Source: Planctomycetota bacterium (GTDB lineage: Bacteria > Planctomycetota > B15-G4). From it: a stretch of 64,000 nucleotides of DNA. The stretch covers positions 101,223-165,222 of the forward strand of contig JAJDEQ010000102.1 in NCBI GenBank assembly GCA_029259695.1, in the 5' to 3' direction. Shown in pieces: positions 55,818 to 64,000 of the stretch. How positions within the stretch are numbered: the first letter of the stretch is position 1; the number at the start of each line of letters is the position of its first letter. A model generated the notes under the pieces. It searched no databases and was not told the origin of the DNA. It was given only the letters and a program-made list of their open reading frames with translations. The position numbers and the translations under genes are program-made.

Positions 55818-58800
55818 TCAGCGCCAGTCGCCGCTGAGCACGAAGGCTCCCCAGGTGGACGGCCGCGCGTTCCCGAGGTCGCGCCTGTTCGCCGCGAGCA
55901 TGTCGAGCTGCGCGCCGCGCAGGGCGTCGAGCTTGCTCTCGCGATGCGTCCACAGCCGCTCGTAGAAGCGGCGCATGAGCTCGCTGGTGGCCTCGTCCTC
56001 CACGGACCAGAGCGAGCTGACCACTGCCCGAGCGCCGGCCTGGCGGAACGCGCGGCGCAGGCCCATCATCCCCTCGCCGGACTCGGGACGGCCCAGCCCC
56101 GTTTCGCAGGCCGAGAGCACGACCAGCTCGCAGTGCGAGAGGTCGAGGTGCCGCACCTCCTCTGCCGTGAGCAGGCCGTTGTCGCGGCCCGTCTCGTTCG
56201 GGGCGTTGGCGCCCGAGAACACCAGGCCCGAGAGCAGCCCGGGCCCCAGACCCGCGAGCGGTCCGCCGCCGGCCCCCATGCCGAACGCAGGTCGCGCGCC
56301 ATCCTCTCCACGGGCTTCGCGCCACTGCGAAGCGAGACGCTCAGGTTGGAAGTACCCGTGCGTGGCGAGGTGCACGTAGCGGCAGCCCGGCAGCTCCCGC
56401 TTGATGCGCTCTTCGGTGGCCGCGCGTCCGGTGAGGACGACGCGGTCGCCCTCGGCGCCGACCGCGCGCCGGTGCAGCGCGGCGATGGCGTCGGTTTCGG
56501 CGAACGTCGCCGGCAGCGGCGGCCACTCGGCGTCGAAGCTGCCGCGGTGCGCAACCTCGGACCGCGCGGCCTCCGCCTCACGCGGTTCGGCGGAGGGCTC
56601 CCGCTCGCGGTAGTCGACGCCACCGGCGAGCAGGAGCCGCGGGTCGGTCTCGTCCGCCGGTTGCTCCGCGGACGGCAGGCTCGCCACGTCCCGCAGATAC
56701 ACAAAGGCACGGTGTTCGATGAGATAGCTGCCGTCCTGCTGCTGCAGCGTCTCGAAGGGGAGCGTCCCCAAGAAGGTGTCGGGTGAGAGCAGGACGAGGT
56801 CGCTGTCGCCCACCGCCGATGCGAGCGGATCCCACACGAGCCGTCGCACGGCGTCGGCGGGTGCGCTGGGGCCGGTGGGCGCGTCCTTCGACGTGTCGCC
56901 GAGGCGGACGCCGCGCGCATCGGCGGGCCGACCGGTGAGTTCGCCCAGGTAGCGCGCGGTGGCCTGCTCGACGGCGGCGACCTCGCCGAGGTCGAAGCGG
57001 GTCAGTCGGGGGGCGTCCGCGCCGTGCCGCAGCACCCAGGCCGTCAGCCGCGGCTCGGACCAACGGCCCTTTGCGACCACCTGGTCCTCCTGCCAGGAAG
57101 CGGGGTGGTAGACCCGGTTCACGAAGTAGTCGACCACCGCGGCGTTGCGCGGGATCCGCTGCGCGACCGCCTCCAGTGTCGCCTCTTCGTCCCGCCGATC
57201 CCGTTCTCCCGCCGCATCGCGGCGAGACGCCTGCAGACGCACGAGTTCGAGCTCGAGGCGTCCGGTCTCCTCGCGCAGTGCCGCCAGGACCGCTTCGTGG
57301 GTCGCAAGATCGGCGACGTCGGCGCGGGAGAACGCGTTCGAGAGTCGGCTCTGCGCGCGGCGGAGGTCGGTCACGAGGGCCTGCTCCTCCCCGGGCGACG
57401 GCGGCTCGGTGGAGAGCAGGCTGCGTGACACCCTTCCCTTCCATGCGAGCACGCGCCGGTAGGTGTCGTCCTCTGGCGCTGCAACGAGCGGGGCCAGGCT
57501 CAGGTAGAACTCCAGCGTCGAGCGCAGCTCGGCCGCGAAGCGCAGGCGCTCGCTCTCCGTGAGAGTCTTCAGCTCGCGCCCGACGCGGGTCTCGGTAGAC
57601 GTGATGGCTCGCTGCGCCTCGGCGAAGGCCGGCTCGAACGCGCCGAGGTCGGCCAGCACCGTCGCCAGTTCGTTCCGTGCCGCCGTGGTCTGGTGGTGCC
57701 AGGGACCGTAGTCCTCGTCCAGGATCCGCGCGGCCCGTTGCAGGAGCGGCCGTGCGTCCGCGTGCAGTCCCATCTCGCGCAGCGGTCGCGCGAGCCCGCT
57801 CAGCGCGATCGCCGTGTAGACGTGGTCAGGCCCGAACGTCTCCTCGCAGAGGCGCAGGCAGCGATCCAGCGCGGACCGCGCCTCCTGCCAGAGACCCTGC
57901 TCACCCAGCGTCCAGCCCAGCCCGAACAGGGCCATGACCGTCTCACGCCGGGAGCCCGGCGTCGCGCCCAGTGCCGCGACGGCGTGCTCGAGGTACTGCC
58001 GCGCCTCGTCGCTGCGCCCCTGGACCAGCCGGGCGTACCCGAGATTCATCGCGCAGAATGCCGTGAAGGGGGCGTCCGGTCCCAGGCGCTCCACCGCGAT
58101 GCGGTGGGCCCGCTCCGCCAGCGGAATGGCCTCGGTGTATAGACCCTGCTCGCCGAGGACGCCCACCAAGGTGCTCAGGGTCCGGGCGACCGCCGGGTCG
58201 TCGGGCCCGAGTTCGCGTTCCAGGATGCGGAGCACGCGTTCCAGCAGGGGCCGTGCCCGCGCGAGGTGTCCCGTCTCCATCAGCGCGCCCCCCAGCACAC
58301 CGAGGCTCTCGGCCGTGAGGAGATGGTCGGGACCGAAGGCGCGCTCGCGGATGGCGAGCGCTCGCTCGAAGAGCGCCAGGGCCTCGTCGAGCCGACCCTC
58401 CAGCATGTAGAGCCAGGCGAGCTCGATCGCGGCTGTGGCCGCGTCGGGATGCTCGCTGCCCAGGAACTCCTCGATCATCCTCAGGTTGTTCGCGGCGTCC
58501 TTGAGCGGTCTCGGTGGCGCAGCCTCGGGCGCCACCGGCGGAGCCGTCTCCGCACGGAGTGAGACGACGAACGTGCCGGTCCCGCCGCCGAGCGCGCACA
58601 CGTCGACGACGTGGAGTTCGTCCGTCCGAAGCGAGGGCATGGCGAGGCGCGCGTCGACGCCACCGAGCCCGTCGTCGTTCTCGGCCAGCACGTTGCCCTC
58701 GACGTCGCGGAGCACGAGGTAGGTGTCGAAGTCGTGCGAACGCAGCTCGATGAGATAGGGCCCTGACTCCGGGACCTCGAGGCGGTAGGTCCGCGCGCGC

Positions 58801-59300
58801 GCGCGCGCTCCGAGCGAGTAGGAGACGAGCCCGTCGCTCATGACGAGCGGGACCGACTCGTCGATCCTGTCCTCGATCGGCTCGCCGGGCCGGAGCGCCG
58901 GCAGATCCGTGAGCGCCGATCGCCGTCGCCCGGTCCACGGGAGCCACGCCGTCCCATCTTCCCTTCGCCAGCGTCCGTCGAGTCGGCTGCCGTCGTCACG
59001 CAGCTCGAACCACCCCTCGCCGTCGGTGCCCGGCCCGAAGTACAGGAAGTGCAACCGGCCCGACTCGACCTCGCCGTTCAGGTGACCGGGGTCTCCGGCG
59101 ATGGTGTAGCGGCCCACGAAGCGGCCGCCCTCGCGCTCCAGTTCGAGCGGACCGAAGCTGGTCGACCACGATCCCACGTAGCCGCTCTCGTCCGCGGGCG
59201 CCGGTGCGCGATCGGGCGCGACCGATGGCTCGTCGCCCCGGATCGGTTCCTGTGCCTGCAGGGTGAGGGCAAGAGCGATGGTGAACAGACAAGGGAGCAT
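55818..59300 (-). CDS. secreted multidomain protein: signal peptide + PPC-like (pre-peptidase C-terminal-type) domain + TPR repeats + C-terminal CHAT (caspase-like) protease domain
   Basis: Signal peptide MLPCLFTIALALTLQAQEP. PPC-like segment YRLEVPESGPYLIELRSHDFDTYLVLRDVEGNVLAENDDG. ~10 TPR-like repeats (..ALALFERALAIRERAFGPDH.., ..LAHSL..). CHAT core with the His/Cys dyad region (YVHLATHGYF ... LVVLSACETGLG). 1160 aa; stop 4 nt from tRNA-Glu. Confidence 0.8.
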   Translation of the reverse strand: MLPCLFTIALALTLQAQEPIRGDEPSVAPDRAPAPADESGYVGSWSTSFGPLELEREGGRFVGRYTIAGDPGHLNGEVESGRLHFLYFGPGTDGEGWFELRDDGSRLDGRWRREDGTAWLPWTGRRRSALTDLPALRPGEPIEDRIDESVPLVMSDGLVSYSLGARARARTYRLEVPESGPYLIELRSHDFDTYLVLRDVEGNVLAENDDGLGGVDARLAMPSLRTDELHVVDVCALGGGTGTFVVSLRAETAPPVAPEAAPPRPLKDAANNLRMIEEFLGSEHPDAATAAIELAWLYMLEGRLDEALALFERALAIRERAFGPDHLLTAESLGVLGGALMETGHLARARPLLERVLRILERELGPDDPAVARTLSTLVGVLGEQGLYTEAIPLAERAHRIAVERLGPDAPFTAFCAMNLGYARLVQGRSDEARQYLEHAVAALGATPGSRRETVMALFGLGWTLGEQGLWQEARSALDRCLRLCEETFGPDHVYTAIALSGLARPLREMGLHADARPLLQRAARILDEDYGPWHHQTTAARNELATVLADLGAFEPAFAEAQRAITSTETRVGRELKTLTESERLRFAAELRSTLEFYLSLAPLVAAPEDDTYRRVLAWKGRVSRSLLSTEPPSPGEEQALVTDLRRAQSRLSNAFSRADVADLATHEAVLAALREETGRLELELVRLQASRRDAAGERDRRDEEATLEAVAQRIPRNAAVVDYFVNRVYHPASWQEDQVVAKGRWSEPRLTAWVLRHGADAPRLTRFDLGEVAAVEQATARYLGELTGRPADARGVRLGDTSKDAPTGPSAPADAVRRLVWDPLASAVGDSDLVLLSPDTFLGTLPFETLQQQDGSYLIEHRAFVYLRDVASLPSAEQPADETDPRLLLAGGVDYREREPSAEPREAEAARSEVAHRGSFDAEWPPLPATFAETDAIAALHRRAVGAEGDRVVLTGRAATEERIKRELPGCRYVHLATHGYFQPERLASQWREARGEDGARPAFGMGAGGGPLAGLGPGLLSGLVFSGANAPNETGRDNGLLTAEEVRHLDLSHCELVVLSACETGLGRPESGEGMMGLRRAFRQAGARAVVSSLWSVEDEATSELMRRFYERLWTHRESKLDALRGAQLDMLAANRRDLGNARPSTWGAFVLSGDWR

Positions 59301-59706
59301 GGCGCACGTTCGAGGTTTGAATCCTCACGATACCGTCACGCGCAGGCGGTCGTCGTGGGACAGGGGGATCCAATCAAGAAGGGGACCTGGGTCGTCGCGG
59401 AGGACGGCCGCTCACGCGGCCATTGTCGGCTTCCTTCCGCTGGTTTGCAGCCGTCTGCGCAGGGCGTCCATCTCCCGCAACCAGTCCCCCGCCCGGTTCC
59501 AACCGGTATGACCTTGGGTCACCATGCTGTTCCGCGCGCCCACCTGCCCCGCGGAAGCCCGGCGATGACTTCGCCCCGGTAGGTGTGGACCGTCGCGCCG
59601 AGGTCATCGTGTCGTCGAGCAGTTCGTGGCATGACTCGGTCGGCTTGCCACGCACACAGCCACGGCGCCTAGAATGGCGCCCGACCTGTTCTCGAAGGGA
59701 GAGCCC

Positions 59707-60498
59707 ATGACCACCATGACCCCGACCATCGGCACGTTCGGCTGGAGTGAACTGGCCACGCGTGACCTCGCCGCCGCCAAGACCTTCTACGCCGGCCTGT
59801 TCGGCTGGGAGCTCTACGACGACTCGATGGGGGAGGGCATGGGCACGTACACGCTCATCGGCGGCAAGACCGACCACTTCGGCGGCATGTACGAGATGAA
59901 CGGGCCGCAGTTCGAGGGCGTGCCCCCGAACTGGACCAACTACGTGGGCGTTGCGAATTGCGATGCCGCCGCCAAGCACGTCACCGAACTCGGGGGCAAG
60001 GTGCTCATGCCGCCCATGGAGATCCCCGGGACGGGGCGCTTCTCGGTCGTCACCGACCCTGGTGGCGCCGCCTTCGCCGTGTTCCAGAGCGCTGATGACA
60101 AGGACAAGCGGGTGCCCTGCGGCGACACGGCCGGCGCGTTCTGCTGGCGTGAACTGAACACCCGGGACTCGGCGCAGGCCCGGGCCTTCTACTCCCGGCT
60201 GCTGGGCTGGACAGCCGTGGAGAAGGAGATGGCGTCCGGCACCTACACGAGCTTCATGCAGGGCGACCAACCCGTGGCCGGGATGATGCAGATGACCAGC
60301 GAGTGGGGCGAGGCTCCCCCGCACTGGATGACCTACGTGTCTGTCGCGGACTGCGACGCATCGGCGGCGAAGGTGGAGACACTGGGCGGCACGATCTGCG
60401 TCCCGCCCACCGACGTCCCCGAGGTCGGGCGTTTCGCCGTGATCAACGATCCAACGGGCGCCACCATCTCGATCATCAAGCTGGCGCCGCGCGGCTGA
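59707..60498 (+). CDS. VOC-family (glyoxalase/bleomycin-resistance/dioxygenase fold) protein with two tandem VOC domains
   Basis: Two repeats of the ~120 aa VOC module (..FGWSELATRDLAAAKTFYAGLFGWEL.. and ..FCWRELNTRDSAQARAFYSRLLGWTA..). Start at ATG 59707 (MTTMTPTIG). Confidence 0.75.
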   Translation: MTTMTPTIGTFGWSELATRDLAAAKTFYAGLFGWELYDDSMGEGMGTYTLIGGKTDHFGGMYEMNGPQFEGVPPNWTNYVGVANCDAAAKHVTELGGKVLMPPMEIPGTGRFSVVTDPGGAAFAVFQSADDKDKRVPCGDTAGAFCWRELNTRDSAQARAFYSRLLGWTAVEKEMASGTYTSFMQGDQPVAGMMQMTSEWGEAPPHWMTYVSVADCDASAAKVETLGGTICVPPTDVPEVGRFAVINDPTGATISIIKLAPRG

Positions 60499-60545
60499 CG
60501 CCTTCGCTCAGTCACGCTCTGTGACCGCACCTCGACGCGCTGACC

Positions 60546-61352
60546 ATGTCGATGGACGCTCTCTCGCCACTAGCCCTGGTCTTCCTGGGTTACGTGTTGC
60601 TGTTCCTGCCGGCGCTGGTGCTGCTCGGTGGCCGCGGCGAGACGGAAGCCGGCGAGGCAGAGGCCGACGGGCCGGAGGCTGACGAGGCCGGCCACGAAGA
60701 TGCCGACCAGGACGGCAGCGAGCAGGCGAGCGGCGAGCAGGCGAGCGGCGAGCAGGACGGGGAAGCCGGGTCCTCGCGAGTGTCGATGTACCTGGGCTCG
60801 TTCTTCGTGCTCGGGCTGCTGCTCACGCTCAGCGTCCTCGCGGCGGGAGAAGCGGACGTCGAGCTGTTCGCGCTGCCTGCGGTGGGTGTCTGGGACGTGC
60901 TCTTCACGCTCGCTGCACTGGGTCTGGCCTACGGGATCAACGCGGTGGTCGTCTCGTGGATGTCGGAATCCGAGCGGCGCGCGGGCGCGGAGATCATCCC
61001 GAGGACGGGGACCGAGTGGACCGTGTTCTCGGTCGTCGCGGTGCTTGCCGGCGTCGCCGAGGAGGCGGCCTACCGCGGCGTGGCCGTCGCGTTGCTCACG
61101 CAGATCACGGGCAGTTGGTGGGCGGCCGTGGCGTTGTGCGTCATGGCCTTCGCCGTGGCGCACGCGGGCCAGGGGCGCAAGGCCATCGTCGCCGTCGCGG
61201 TGGGGGCGTTGAGCCTGCATCTGCTCGTCCAGCTCACGAACACGCTCGTGTTCGCCATGCTCGTGCATGCGGTCTACGACCTCACCGCGGTGGCGTGGGG
61301 CGCCCGGCGCATCGCCCGCGAGGGACTCGAGGCGCTCGTGCGGCGGCCCTGA
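60546..61352 (+). CDS. CPBP-family (CAAX protease/Abi) intramembrane metalloprotease with acidic low-complexity N-terminal region
   Basis: Motif 1 EEAAYRG, motif 2 FAVAHAGQG, motif 3 HAVYDL across predicted TM helices. The N-terminal region has (SGEQA) repeats from 15 bp tandem DNA repeats. Confidence 0.75.
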   Translation: MSMDALSPLALVFLGYVLLFLPALVLLGGRGETEAGEAEADGPEADEAGHEDADQDGSEQASGEQASGEQDGEAGSSRVSMYLGSFFVLGLLLTLSVLAAGEADVELFALPAVGVWDVLFTLAALGLAYGINAVVVSWMSESERRAGAEIIPRTGTEWTVFSVVAVLAGVAEEAAYRGVAVALLTQITGSWWAAVALCVMAFAVAHAGQGRKAIVAVAVGALSLHLLVQLTNTLVFAMLVHAVYDLTAVAWGARRIAREGLEALVRRP

Positions 61353-61463
61353 GTCTGTGGCAACGTCGGCGTGGGGCGCGAGTTGGAGAAGTCCGGGGGC
61401 CTTGGTCGGGGCCGAGCAGCAGGACGCGTTGCCGATGCGGCTGAAGCGTCCTCGCTCGACGCG

Positions 61464-64000
<2,537 letters not shown>

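Overview
High-GC (~70%) bacterial chromosomal segment. The gene content and order look like an FCB-group organism (Bacteroidota, Rhodothermota or Gemmatimonadota-like), based on the bamA-lpxD-lpxC/fabZ(fused)-lpxA cluster. Most of the window is conserved housekeeping. It begins inside a tandem pair of ABC exporter genes, followed by an FAD oxidoreductase, a patatin gene, glmU-prs-rplY-pth, rpsF(fused to rpsR)-rplI-dnaB, bamA-lpxD-lpxC/fabZ-lpxA plus a Gfo/Idh/MocA oxidoreductase, ileS, and rpsB-tsf-pyrH-frr. Two tRNA genes (Lys-TTT at 30.3 kb, Glu-TTC at 55.7 kb) bracket a less conserved ~25 kb block. That block holds a rimK module (RimB-like protease, RimK, AstE/AspA-family hydrolase), a large MscK-like channel, a CaCA antiporter and a CNNM/CorC transporter. 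It also holds an ATP-grasp ligase fused to an M20-like peptidase next to gamma-glutamyltranspeptidase and an FGase-family amidohydrolase, a secreted metzincin protease and an FG-GAP beta-propeller protein that share a ~85 aa C-terminal domain, an SF2 helicase, a HAD hydrolase, a prepilin-type protein, a lipoprotein thioredoxin/DUF255 protein and a metallophosphoesterase. After tRNA-Glu come a secreted PPC-TPR-CHAT protease, a VOC protein, a CPBP protease and a 5'-truncated sulfatase with an acidic DDS-repeat region. The most unusual observations are an in-frame TAG splitting the essential pyrH gene at a conserved position, an apparent S6-S18 ribosomal protein fusion, a 29 bp perfect inverted-repeat element downstream of ileS, palindromic 11 bp tandem arrays, and the ATP-grasp/M20/GGT/FGase cluster. 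No CRISPR array, integrase or transposase was recognised. Many long ORFs in the track are high-GC antisense artefacts and were rejected.
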